Below are positions 26,010-38,239 of a stretch of DNA of 64,000 nucleotides, one piece after another. A model generated the notes under the pieces. That model made no database searches, was not told the origin of the DNA, and saw only the letters and a program-made list of their open reading frames with translations. A program made the translations under genes and the position numbers. The stretch comes from an uncultured virus (IMG/VR IMGVR_UViG_3300031329_000004) (taxonomy: Duplodnaviria > Heunggongvirae > Uroviricota > Caudoviricetes). Within the stretch, counting starts at the first letter, position 1, and each line of letters starts with the position of its first letter. The stretch lies in IMG/VR virus record IMGVR_UViG_3300031329_000004; one strand, 5' to 3'.

Positions 26010-27461
26010 ATGTCAAAATTGCTAGAACAATTAGAAGAATCTAGAAAAAATTGAACTCTTACAGATAAAGATGTAGCTGAGTTTAATAAATCTTGAGCGC
26101 TTACTATTAATACCTCTCTTAATGATTGAGATAATATTAAGAATGTTCACTATGAAGAACTCAATAAAACTTGAGAAAATTATTCTAACATAGTAAATGA
26201 TAGAGCGTCTAAGCTTAAGGCTACTACTATGGATGCTGCGAATAAGCAAACAGATATAGAAGTAGCTAAGAGTAAAATTAAGACAGAGAGAAGTGATGAT
26301 ACTCGTGAAGATCTTCTTGAAGTTACATGAGATTTTAAAGATAAACAAGAAGATAGATATAAACAAGTTGCTGAGATTACCGATCGCCAAGAACGAATTG
26401 CTAATAGGCAAGCTAATATGTCTGCTGCATCTGCTTGAAAATATGGTGACATATTTACTGATGGGGGTATGGCCAACATCAAGAATGATATTATCTCTAG
26501 ATTTGGTGAGCAAATTCTAAGCGCAGAGCAATATGAATTAAATACTAACAGAACTATAGATAATGATTTAATGAATGTTGGTCTTACTGAGATTACAGAT
26601 AAAGATAAACGAGATTCGTTTAAAGATGTTCTCCTGGATAAAGATAATGCATATATATTGAATGCAATTTCTGTTGCTGCAGAATGAGACAAAGAGGCTA
26701 TTAAAGATGTTTCTAATTTCTACGAAGCATATGTTAAGCAAAAAGCAGATAACGAATCAAAGAGAGCATGATTCACTGAGCAGGCAGCAGGTATGGAAAA
26801 TGAATACCAATCACTTGATGTATTTGGAAAAGCTCAATTACTTCAAAGACAAACTTGAACTATCACTTGATATGGATTAATTGCAGACAGAATTCCTGCT
26901 TTAATTAATAAATATCCAAATGCTACTCTTGCTGAACTAGAATGAAAGGTTGCAAAAATTGCAGAACTTGCTCTTACTGCAAAACAACAGTTACCAACTA
27001 TCATTGCTAAATCTGAAGACGATAGAACACAAGTTGAAAAAGATATTCTTAAAACTTATTGAGATAGAGGATTACAAGAAATGCAAAACTCTGACAGAAG
27101 CACAAGTGAAACTCTTGCGCAACAAGCTGCATCTGATAAATGACTCATTAAACAATGAGGAACATTAAAAGATTATTCTCCAGAATGAAAAAAAGTTCTT
27201 GAAGAAAATGCAGAAAATATTCGTTTAACAAACGAAGAAAAAAGAGCGAAGATTGAAAGACTAAAATGAGAGCAACAAAAAGCTATTCGTGACAAAAGAT
27301 TAAAAGACGAACAACAACAAATCAACGATAATAAAAAGAAAAGAAGAGATGCCTATCGAAAACTTGCAGATTTATCCATAACACAATGATTTGATAAAGA
27401 TGCTGTTAAGATTAAAAGAATGAAAGATGTTATTGATAAAGCTCTTCCGATAACTCTATAA
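26010..27461 (+). CDS. Probable DNA ejection / internal virion protein
   Basis: 483 aa, helical and Ala/Gln/Arg-rich (RQANMSAASAGKYG); lies after the tail genes. Confidence 0.6.
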
Positions 27462-27488
27462 AAAATTTATTTTTCTAAAACAGAAAAA

Positions 27489-29348
27489 ATGGAACATAAC
27501 TTACAACATGATTATATTTCTGATTTACTGAATCCTATCCCTCTTGCTACAACTTGAGAGATAGCTATTTCACTTTCGGTAGAAATAAAAGCTGATATGT
27601 GATTCATAATTATTGATAGATGAATCAATATGACTGAAGAACGAATGATGTATCATAGAAAAAATGCTAATACAGTATATGTATATTCAGAGAATAGAGT
27701 CACACCTAGACACCATTCAGTATTAGCTAAAGTTATTCTTGATACTGTAGGTTCTATAAATTACGCGCATGATAATTGATTTGATCAAATGTATATATTC
27801 AGAAAATCTGAAAATGATGTCATTATTAAATGAGGTCCTTTTTTTATAAACAAAGAATATATTACTCTTGAAGATTTAGATACTGAGACAAGCGATCAAA
27901 ACTTATCATACTGACAAGATAACTATATTTATATAAAAGATAATGCATATATAGTCACAACAGATATTATTCCAGGATTATATCCTGTATGAATTATATC
28001 TGTTGAGGTATCATGATCTATTTCAAAAATACAAATGATGAATGTATTTCCTATAGGTCACTGAATTACTGAATCAGATCAACAGAAACTTAATAACTTA
28101 GATTCATCTAAGTATGAAAAAAATGAAAATAAAACTAATTCTATTAGACCAAAAACTGAAGCAGATAATACTAAATATCCTACAGAAAAAGCTATTGCAA
28201 ATGCTCTTTATTGAAAGGTAGATAAAGTAGAATGAAAATGACTTTCTAAAAATGATCTGACAGATGATCTTAAATGAAAGATTGATGAGATGATACAATT
28301 AGATTTACCAAATTCTCCAATATCAAAACCTCCAATGATAGCAGGTCCATGAATACTTATAGAAGATTTATGAGATGCATGATATAGATTTAGATCATCT
28401 ACAAGTAATGCATATGGAACTGCCGGAGAACATATAGATATATTTCCAGTAGATTCTCATTCTAAAATGATTCATACTGACGAGCAAAAATATGTAGTTT
28501 TAGAAGATTGATATAGAAGTTGATTCTATGGTAATTCTAAATTTAAAGATGCTCAGAATCCTGCTGTAACTGTTTTCTATAACAATCCAAACAATGCAGG
28601 TACTATGGTAATTGATACTCATATACGAGTCGTTAATGGTCTTGGTATGATGACTGAGACACATAAATCTATTCCATACCAGGTTAATCTTGTAAAAGGT
28701 CACTGAGCATTCGAGTTATCTCCAGAATCCTTTGCGTGACTTGATTACATAAACTCTGTTGCTATGTATATTAAAGTAAACAGAGTATGAGCATTTATCA
28801 CAGATCATAATGGTTCAGAGTTTAATACTGAAATAAATGATTTAGATAGTGTTGTATGACCTGTTAGAATCAAATCTATGTTCATGGACTATGAACAAAC
28901 AATAGAACTACCACAGGCTTGATATGCTTATGAACATGATCAATTTGTAGCTTCTGATACTTGGAATATAACACACTGACTTTGAACTAAAAAAATTATA
29001 GTTCAATGTTATAATGCAGGATGAGAACCTATACAGTTTGATACATATAGTTTTACTGATAATGATACTATTAGTATAAAATTTAGTGATGATGTCTCAT
29101 GAAGCGCTGTAATACTTTCTTCTTGAGGTGAAGCTCCAGATACTTCTGGTGACGATAAGAACTTTGAGGAAGTATTTACAAGTGTCACAGGAGGATGAGT
29201 CTTTACTCATTGAATGTGAAAATATCCTTGTATCACTGTTATAGATTCTAATTGAAAAGAAATTATTATAGAGACAACTCATCAAGATAAAAATATTGTA
29301 TCTGTTACTTGGACATGAACACATACAGGTAGATTTATAGCAAACTAA
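27489..29348 (+). CDS. Tail fibre / proximal fibre protein
   Basis: 619 aa; KVDKVEGKGLSKNDLTDD fibre motif; two C-terminal modules of the WNITHGLG..IIVQCY / THGMGKYPCITVID type. Confidence 0.7.
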
Positions 29349-29376
29349 AAATCCTTATTTATTTAATACAAAAATT

Positions 29377-31842
29377 ATGTGAAAAAAAGTATTAGTTGAT
29401 TTGGACATGAATCTTAATCAATTACTAAATTTAGTTTTTCAAATATCACAAAACGATTTAACTTCATGAGTCTCATGACAAGTTTTCTTTAATGATACAG
29501 AAAAAAAATTAAAAGTGTATGATTGAGCAACATTTAAAAGCATACTTACTCAAGCTGATAAACTTTTATTTGAAGCAAAAGATACAGAACTTTTATGAAA
29601 AATTACAAGTATAGAAACTCTTCTTGCTTCAGATGATGTAGACCTAGATGATATGAAAGAACTTGTAGCTTTTATTAAAGCTAACAAAACAGAACTAGAA
29701 AATTTATCTGTAAGTAATATTGCTTGATTACAAGATTCTCTAGATGATATGCAAATTGAATTACAAAAAAGCTCTACGCACATTCAATGGCGAAGAGCTT
29801 CTGGTTCATGGATAAATCTAGTTTCTATTGATGATTTAATTGGCCCTCAATGAGAGAAGTTAAATATTAGAGTAGATGATAGCCAACTACAATTCAAATA
29901 TCAAACAGAGTCTATATGGACTGATTTATTTAATCTTAATAGTTTAAAGTGAGATTCATGAAAGAATCCACTTTTTAGAGTAGATGGACAAAAATTACAA
30001 TATCAGATTGTATGAGATGCATGATGGATAGATTTATATACATTTCCTACAAATGTAATTACATGGAATGAAGTTTCATTAAAACCTATTATATATACTA
30101 AGTCACAGGCTGACTTATTATTTAATGCTAAATTATCTATATTAGATATTAGAGATGATTTACTTTGAACTGCAGCAGACAAAGCTTTATCTGAGAATCA
30201 ATGAAGAATATTAAAATCACTTATTGATGATATATGACTTTTACTTTCTAGTGATGATACTACTCTTGATGAAATTCAAGAGATTGTTTCTTATATAAAA
30301 CAAAATAAATCTGATCTGCAGAATCTTTGAGTAAATAATATTGCAGGACTTCAAGATTTATTAAATTTAAAATCTAATTCTAATCATAATCATGATTGAA
30401 TATATGAACCTAAAAAATCATCTGATGATAATTATGTTACAGATGCTGAAAAAACAGTAATAGGAAATACGAGTGGTACAAATACAGGCGACCAAGACCT
30501 AAGTACATACTCAACACTCACAGGAACAGAAACGCTCACTAATAAAACACTTACAAGCCCAGTAGTAAATACTCCAACAGGAATAGTTAAGTGAGATGTT
30601 TGATTATGAAATGTAGATAATACAAGTGATACTACAAAGAATAGTGCAACAGCTACACTCATTAATAAAACTCTCACGAGTCCAAAAATAAATCTAGGCT
30701 CTGACGCTACTGGAGATATATACTATAGAAATGCTAGTGGGTTATTTACTAGACTACCAATAGGAACAGTAGGACAAGTGCTAACAGCTAGTGGAATACC
30801 TAGTTGGGCTGATGCTAGTGAATGAGGAAGCTCAATGCTAAAACATAAATTTACAGCTCCTTGAACTTGGAATAATGAAGTAACTGGAATCAATCAAGTA
30901 AGTGTTGATACTACAGATATGACAGGAGGGATAGTAGATGTACAGATTGATTGAGTAAGTAAAAAAACATTCCTACCAAATGAGCGTTGAATTTACATTA
31001 ACGAGGGAAGTACGGATATTGATATAATCGCAGGGGGGGGATTAGGTTTATCAAGTTATGATTCAGTAAGTAGGGGTTGACCAAATACATTTATGCGTTC
31101 ATTAAGATTTAAACCAGATGGTACTAGATTGTATCTTTTATCTGCTTCTGGAAGTAGAACTGTTTATGAATATGTACTTTCAACTCCTTGGAATTTAGCA
31201 ACAGCATATAATTCAAATAGGAGCTTTAATACTCTCTCACAAGAAAATAATCCAACTTGAATATTCTTTAAGCCCGATGGAACTGTAATGTATGTTGCAG
31301 GGGTTACTAATAAGAAGATTCATCAATATTCTCTTTCAAATGCTTGGGAAATCCACACTGCGTCTTATAGCTGAATTAGTTTTAATGTATCTACTCCAGA
31401 ACTCAATCCATACTCAATGTTCTTTAAATCTGATTGAACTAAGATGTATACTATAGGGACGAGTCAAAAGGTTCATCAATATACACTTTCAACTGCTTGG
31501 AACGTAAGCACTGCAAGTTATGATTCAGTTAGTTTTAACATAGCCAGTCAAGATATCTCTCCTTGGGGTATGTTTATTAACGATGATTGAAGTTCGATGT
31601 ATATGGCTTGAGCTGTTAATAGTTCTTTATATAAATATACATTTTCAACTAATTGGGATGTATCAACACTCTCTTATACTTGAGAAAGTTTTAATATAAG
31701 CAGTCAGGAAACTAATATTAGGTCTGTATGATTTAAAACTGATGAAAGTAAAATGTATATTATGGGGACTCAAAATAATGCAGTTTACCAATACACTGCT
31801 GGATTATCATTTACTGGAGAAGCCTTTACTACTATAATTTAA
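29377..31842 (+). CDS. Tail fibre with C-terminal beta-propeller (probable receptor-binding) domain
   Basis: 821 aa; duplicated LL.SDD..LD...E.V..IK.NK..L.NL...NIAGLQD block; TLTNKTLT repeats; DVGLGNVDNTSD; repeated FKPDGT.MY...YxLSTAW.I.TA blades from ~31100. Confidence 0.8.
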
Positions 31843-31848
31843 AAAAAA

Positions 31849-32178
31849 ATGTATATAATGATAAAAGATTGAAGTATCTATAAAACTTCTAATGTAGAAA
31901 TGAAAGACGAATGATTCGTACAAATACAAAAAGAAATATCTCAAGAGGATATGGAAAAACTATCTCTATGAGCTACTATAACAGATGAGTGAGTAGTAGT
32001 AGAAAATGAAAAGTATCTACAAAATAGAGCCGATAGTAACCTAGAAAAATCTATTACGCCTATGCAAGCTATAGTATTACTCGCAACTTGTATAGAAGTA
32101 TTAGCAGAGGGGAATGATGACCCTAGACTTGAATACGCAAGAGGTAAGTTTAATGAAATTAAAAATATTTTAACATAA
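31849..32178 (+). CDS. Hypothetical protein, possible tail-fibre chaperone
   Basis: 109-aa ORF directly after the fibre gene. Confidence 0.55.
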
Positions 32179-32309
32179 TAACATAATGGCATCAGAAGAT
32201 AAAACTATAGAGCTACTAGTAAAACTCTCTTGAGAGGTTTCTAGGGGCATAGCCTTAACTGAGAGAGTAATGAAATGTAGAGAAGATATTAAAAATTTAA
32301 CAATTTCAA

Positions 32310-32558
32310 ATGACTAAAGTATACAAGAGTCCTAATAAAGGTAAGAAATACTATGTGATTCATAAATGAAAGAAGATACACTTCTGAGATGATTCATATA
32401 GAATTAAACCTGGAACACCTGCAGGAAATTCTTATTGCGCTAGAAGCTGATGAATTGTATGAGCCAACGATCCAACTACTCCTAATTATTGGGCTAGAAG
32501 ATTATGGTGATGTGAATGAAAAATATCACATAAAAGTAAGACATTAGAGACACCATAA
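32310..32558 (+). CDS. Small basic phage protein (KKIHFG...SYCAR...PNYWARRLW family)
   Basis: 82 aa; motif pattern recalled from small conserved viral proteins (DUF5754/DUF6321-like); function unknown. Confidence 0.55.
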
Positions 32559-32595
32559 TAATCTATAGAATAATCTATATAAATAAATTAAAATA

Positions 32596-32910
32596 ATGAT
32601 CAGCATAAACCTATACATAATACTTTGAGCTTCAGCTTTTTTTCTAATAAGCTGAATAGCTTTAGGTTGGATATTGTGAAAACATCTCCGGCCTACATAT
32701 ACTGTAGTTGCTCTAGTTTGAGTTATATGGTTCTTCTATAGTATATACACCATAGAGAGGTGACTCGATATGACAGCAGCATTTGACTGGGTCTGAGCTG
32801 CATGTCTTGTACAAACTCTCTGATTAGAGATATGACTTATAGGAAGAACAATAGCAAACAATGTATCTAAATGATCTGAATTATATTCTAAGATAAAAAC
32901 ATGAAAGTAA
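32596..32910 (+). CDS. Small multi-TM membrane protein, holin candidate
   Basis: 104 aa with 2-3 hydrophobic helices and a basic C-terminus; near the endolysin gene. Confidence 0.6.
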
Positions 32911-33488
32911 GAAAACTAAGAATAGAAATATTAAAATATATTATTCAAACAATAGCTTGATTATTTGTTTTATCATTTGCTATTATGTGAGCTATGCATC
33001 TTATATGAGAAACATATTCTTACATTAGAACTCCAGAGAGTATATGGAATTATGAGTTCATTGATCCTAAGACTCCAGAATTTCAAATAGCTAATCCTAT
33101 ATCAATGATATCTAAAAGCATATATTGGGCTTTATGACTTATAATATGGGATGATTATCTACTTTGTGCTAGTGACTATTGAAAAGAAATTTTATCTGAT
33201 GAGGAAATGGATCAGGTAATATCTGATAAAAGTCATAGAAAATTAGAAACTACATTTACAGAACAACAATTAATGTGAGATGTTTGAGGTAAATGAGATA
33301 TTGATTGAGATGGTATACTTGATTGAGAATGGATATTCTGATGAGAGAATACTATAGATTGAAAAAAGTTTTATATTACAAAAATTATTTGAACTTGATG
33401 TTATATAAGAAGTCACCAAACATTTTTTTATAATTGAATAGAAAAAAAACAGAGATTTACTTCGTGACCTTTTAATATTATTAAATAA
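32901..33488 (+). CDS. N-terminally anchored membrane protein with a DxDGDG Ca-binding-like loop
   Basis: TM segment IAGLFVLSFAIMGAM; GDIDGDGILDG at ~33295; overlaps the preceding membrane gene. Confidence 0.6.
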
Positions 33489-33562
33489 ATACATATGAAA
33501 TATATTAAAAAAATAGAATAGAAAAAATATAGATAGATTTTACTTTACATAATTTTACAAAC

Positions 33563-35422
33563 ATGAAACATTATGAATCTCCAGAATTTAAACAAATAGC
33601 AAAACCATCTAATCCTGCTGTTTGATTTAGCAAGATGTATTTTAAAGCAGATGGAAAACCTTATAGATTGGACTCTAATTGAAATGAGCATGAGATAGGA
33701 TGAAATGTAGCTACAGGTAGTGACATGCTTCTATGACTATCTACTTCATGAACTGATGCATATTCTATTGCAGAGTTTGCTCCACTTACTAATAATCTTT
33801 TAATTACTTTTATTCCAGATGTATCTAATACAGATGCAGCTACTATAAAATATGGTGCGCTTGCTGCAAAGAATATAGTAAATGTAGATGGAGATCCATT
33901 ATCAGATAATGATATTGAATGAAACAAAGTTACTTTTTTAAAATACGATTTATGAAATGATAATTTTGTATTATTCAAATCATGACAAGATCCAATAAAT
34001 CCAAGTGATCCTGTAGAAATTCCAGATCCTATATCTTTATATAAACATGTAGTAGATGATCAAGCATGATTAAATGCTTTAACTTGAATGACTTTGTGAG
34101 ATACTATATTTCAGAAAGATAGTGCTGAAGTTTATATAGCTACATGAGAAGACTCATATAAATCTAATAGTGAAACAGGTAACTATGGAACATATGACTA
34201 CATAGTAGAAAATGATTCAGAAAGAAACTCTTTATCATGAATGACTACAGGTGATACAATCTTTCAAAAAAGTAATTGAATCGTATATAGAGCAACAAGT
34301 GCTACTACTTCAGCAGCTCTGAGTTCTCCTTTTATGCCTACTATAAATAAAAGTATTCAAGGATGAAGTGCATCTATATGAAAATATATAGCTTATGATC
34401 CAGGAAGTACTTTAGTTGAAACAATAAATATAACTGCAATACAAACTATTCCTCATGAAGTTGAATATACTACTTGATTCTGATTTTCAGATAATTGATT
34501 ATTTTTATTTACTACATGACAAATACCTTGATGAAGTCGTTTATATCAATATTCTCTTTCTTCTGCTTGGAATATATCTACTAAGACCTTAATAAGAAGT
34601 GTTCCTGTTGAGGATTTGTGAACTAATCCAGATACACAACCAAATTTTAATGGAGGTTCTTACCCTGCATTTAATAAGTGAAATATATTCTTTTGAAACG
34701 GATGATATAAAATGTACCTTTATATAGTTCATTGAGGAACTTATAAAAGATTTGATCAATTCAGAGAGTTCACTTTAACTGATCCTTATAATATTTCTAC
34801 TGCTACATTTATAAATCAATTATGATGAAGTACATATAATGGAGCATTAAACTATTACTGAGCTTGATGCTTGAGTTCTGATGGAACTAAACTCTATGTA
34901 ACCACTGATGGGTGATTGTCACAGTATTCACTTTCTACTGCTTGGGATATATCAAGTAAAACATTTGTACATAAAAAGAATATATCATGAAATACTGTAC
35001 AAATATCTAATGATGGAACATTGTTATATTTACATACTCATGTTTATAAATTATCAATTCCATATCAATTAAGTAGTGCAGAGTTATTATGAATTTCTCC
35101 TATATGAGCTATGTATTTTCCAAACTGAAAATCTTTTCTTTTCTGATTATCGTGACTAAATATAAATAAGTATGAGTATATTCCTACTGGAATATCAAAA
35201 TGATATGTTGTTTCTGATAGTTCTAATCCTAAGAAGACAAATTTTATTTGAGTTGCAAACTCCTCTTGAACTATTGTTGATATAAATTATATGGAAGATA
35301 ATACTAAAACATGACTTACAGTATGAGCTAATTACTTCCTTTGATTAAATGGTGACATATCAACTACTGGTACTATAAAAGTATGAAAAGCTGTGTCTGA
35401 AAATAAGATTAAATTTATTTAA
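33563..35422 (+). CDS. Second propeller-containing fibre / receptor-binding protein
   Basis: 619 aa; duplicated L.GMT.GDTIFQK repeat; YQYSLSSAWNIST-type blades like those in 29377-31842; C-terminal GLTVGANYFL...KVGKAVS. Confidence 0.7.
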
Positions 35423-35437
35423 AATAAAACTAACATT

Positions 35438-35914
35438 ATGAATCCAGATATACATTGAACGCATACATACTTAGACTTTGATAGTAATGATAATTACCTC
35501 ACTGAAGACCTGTTAATTTTTACCAGGTCTTTCAATGAGTCTATCAATATACCACCTCATATATGGACTTGTTTCATAGCTGAGAGATGAACAAGTACTA
35601 ATGGAGCTAGTATACCATCATGGGCTATTCCTATTTCTAGGATATGTCCTCGAAGTAAAGTTATCTTTTTAGCATCAGTTGGTCACGACTATTTATATGT
35701 AAAACAAAAAATAACTTTATATGTCTTTGATAAAGTAAATAGAAAAATGTGAGCTGAGTTATGTGATCTTGATATAACTCAAAAAATGGCAGACTGATTC
35801 ATGAGAGATAAAATGAAAGAATCTTGAGCATCTATATTGCAAAGAAATATAGTTTACTATGGCCTTAGAATAGGATGACACAATACTTATAATACTTACT
35901 CTAAAAATAAATAA
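35438..35914 (+). CDS. DUF1353-family protein
   Basis: TNGASIP...VGHDYLY...ADGFM...M...G...YYGLRIGG pattern. Confidence 0.8.
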
Positions 35915-35915
35915 T

Positions 35916-36848
35916 ATGAAATATAATTTAGATGTAGTTACATCAAATAAAAGTAGATGATTAAATTCAAAAACATTTATAATGTTGCATCACACATGAA
36001 CTGTAACAAGCTTAGAAAATATGGTATCATATTTATCTAAAAAAAATGAGAGACAAGTTTCTTGTCACTTTGTTATTTCTAGAGATGGAAGAATAGGAAG
36101 AATAGGAAATGAGAATGATATTCTCTGGCATGCAGGTACTGGAAATAAAATTCAAGGATTCATTAATAATATGAATGCTCATGCTATAGGGATAGAAGTT
36201 ATCTCTAATTGAAATGATTATACAAGAAAACAAATAGAGGTTTTATCTAAACTTGTATTTTTTCTTCAAACTAAATTTTGAATTAAAAATGATAATGTCA
36301 TAAGACATAAAGATTACTCTATAAGAAAATGGGATATAGGTGATAACTTCTATAAAATATTCTGATATAAAGATTATAACCATTGGCTTAATCGTATGGA
36401 TAGAATAACATCTTATAAATGAGTTCCTGTAATAAACAAAAAACAACCATCTAAGTACCCTCTAAGGCTTTGAATGTTTCATCCCTATAAGAAACACATT
36501 ATCTTATATGATAGAGCATACAGGCTTCCATTAGATAGATTTAAATTATTACTTGAACATGAATGGTCACATAAAGTATACTGGACTGAATTTACTAAGA
36601 GAGAAATACAAGCTTGGGAACAAATAAGTAGACTTGATGATATTGTAAAAGATAGAATTAAGAATAGATGGACCAATGTATATTGGGTTAATAAATATAT
36701 TTCTCCTGGAGAAACTATAGAATCTGAAGACTTTGCTGAAACATATGAAGACATTATTAAAAATCCTAATTCAATCTATAATGATTATAGAGACATAAAA
36801 AGAATGGCTGTAAGAAAATTAATGGCTATTCATTGATATGTTATATAG
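35916..36848 (+). CDS. Endolysin: Amidase_2 N-acetylmuramoyl-L-alanine amidase fused to an HExxH zincin-like domain
   Basis: MLHHTG, VSCHFVI, WHAG, AIGIE, IRHKD..RKWD, then in the same frame through TGA: LEHEWSH...SEDFAE (joins track ORFs 36021 and 36474). Confidence 0.85.
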
Positions 36849-36853
36849 AGTAC

Positions 36854-36881
36854 TTGCTTTTTATTGAAACTATTATAATAT
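36854..36881 (+). promoter_or_regulatory. Sigma70-like promoter
   Basis: TTGCTT-N16-TAATAT, overlapping a TATAAT. Confidence 0.6.
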
Positions 36882-36918
36882 CTTAATGCCTATTTTATTT
36901 GCATAACTATTAAAAATT

Positions 36919-37173
36919 ATGCCACAATTTACAATCGATGATGTTACTCCTCTTACTAGAGAAGAAAAAATTGAGTTTACTGAATTAATTGAAAAATACA
37001 ATGAAACTCAAACTGAATCAGCATCTGAATGAAGTAGAAGACTTGCTCTTATTTACAAGATGCAGGCAAATACTTTTAAAGAACTTGCTACTGATGATAA
37101 TAAAAATCAGAAAGCAGATGCAAACTATGAAGTACAAGCGATTAGAAACTGGATTGCTTATAACAATGCATAA
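36919..37173 (+). CDS. Hypothetical protein
   Basis: 84-aa ORF between a promoter and a terminator. Confidence 0.7.
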
Positions 37174-37181
37174 TTGTTTTC

Positions 37182-37215
37182 AAAAAAATACCTCTCAATT
37201 ACGAGAGGTATTTTT
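37182..37215. terminator. Bidirectional intrinsic terminator between convergent genes
   Basis: aaaaaaatacctctc-aattac-gagaggtattttt. Confidence 0.85.
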
Positions 37216-37229
37216 ATTTGTAGCGAATT

Positions 37230-37514
37230 TTATTGTCCTACATTCTTAACAGATTTCTTAAGTCCAGAACAAGTCTTAAATTTCACTGTACTCATTGCAG
37301 GAATATCTATTGATTCTCTTGTTGCAGGATTAACTCATTTTCTTGCTTTTCTTTTAGCAAGAGAGAAAGTTCCTAAATCTTTAATTTGTAATGATCTATC
37401 ATTTATAAGTGATTCATTAATAACATCTGTAAAAGCCATAATAACTTTATTAGCTGTATCTTGTGATACACCTGCAAGCTTTGCAACATTTCTATTTAGT
37501 TCTGCCTTTGTCAT
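37230..37514 (-). CDS. hup: HU-family DNA-binding protein
   Basis: MTKAEL...LQIKDLGTFSLAKRKARK(tga=G)VNPATRESIDIPAMSTVKFK; the only clear minus-strand gene. Confidence 0.93.
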
Positions 37515-37570
37515 AATAAAATTTATTATAAAAATATAAAGTAAAGCCTCTAGCAATAAAGACGAGCTTT

Positions 37571-37598
37571 ATTATAAAGCTAACTATTACTAAAGCAA
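37571..37598 (-). promoter_or_regulatory. Sigma70-like promoter for HU
   Basis: Minus strand TTGCTT-N16-TATAAT. Confidence 0.7.
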
Positions 37599-37678
37599 TA
37601 TAATTTATTTTTATTTAAAAACAAAATGTATATTATATTTTTGCACGACAGATACTTTTATTATTAAAAAAATAAGTT

Positions 37679-38002
37679 ATGTCATTAAATGTACACCAAC
37701 GAGATAATATATGCGTAAAGGCCCATTGTTATAAAACAGAAATAAAAGTCCACTCAGACGATTCTCAGTTCATTCACAATGAAGATAGGAATGCTTTTCA
37801 TATTGATATATCATTTCTTATAAATTGAAAGATAAAAGAATTTTGATGGAGATTTATTTTAGATGAATCGGATGAACACTATTGAGTTTTCTTAGATTGA
37901 ACTTGGAACTCTCTTCATGTTCTTATAACTAAATTATGATATGATCTTTGAGAATCAGATATTATAACAGAATGGATATATCATATATTAGATAATCAGT
38001 AA
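37679..38002 (+). CDS. Hypothetical protein
   Basis: 107-aa code-25 ORF divergent from HU. Confidence 0.65.
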
Positions 38003-38008
38003 ACATTA

Positions 38009-38075
38009 AAACTCTTGAGTCGTGCCAAGAGTTTCTGCGTTTTACCTATACAGGTAAGACGCATTTTATTTTTTA
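38009..38075 (+). terminator. Tandem hairpins / terminator
   Basis: aaactcttg/caagagttt (38009-38034) and tgcgttttacct/aggtaagacgca (38036-38063) followed by a T-rich run. Confidence 0.7.
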
Positions 38076-38239
38076 AAAAAACTTTTTTTTTATTGAGTGA
38101 TACACTATAGTATAAATAGTACTGGTTTCTGAATCTATTTAGTTCTCTTCTTTAGAAGTTTTTCTATTTTTCTTGTACTACATTTCTTATGAATAAAGGT
38201 ATATAAATATATAGAGCAGAAAAATTTTGAAAAAAAAAT

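Noticed and set aside
29377..35422. Diversity-generating retroelement acting on the fibres
   Set aside because: No reverse transcriptase and no adenine-specific TR/VR repeat pair seen; the similarity between fibres is at protein-repeat level only.
37174..37539. 121-aa + strand ORF in the track
   Set aside because: It is the antisense of the HU gene and runs across a terminator.
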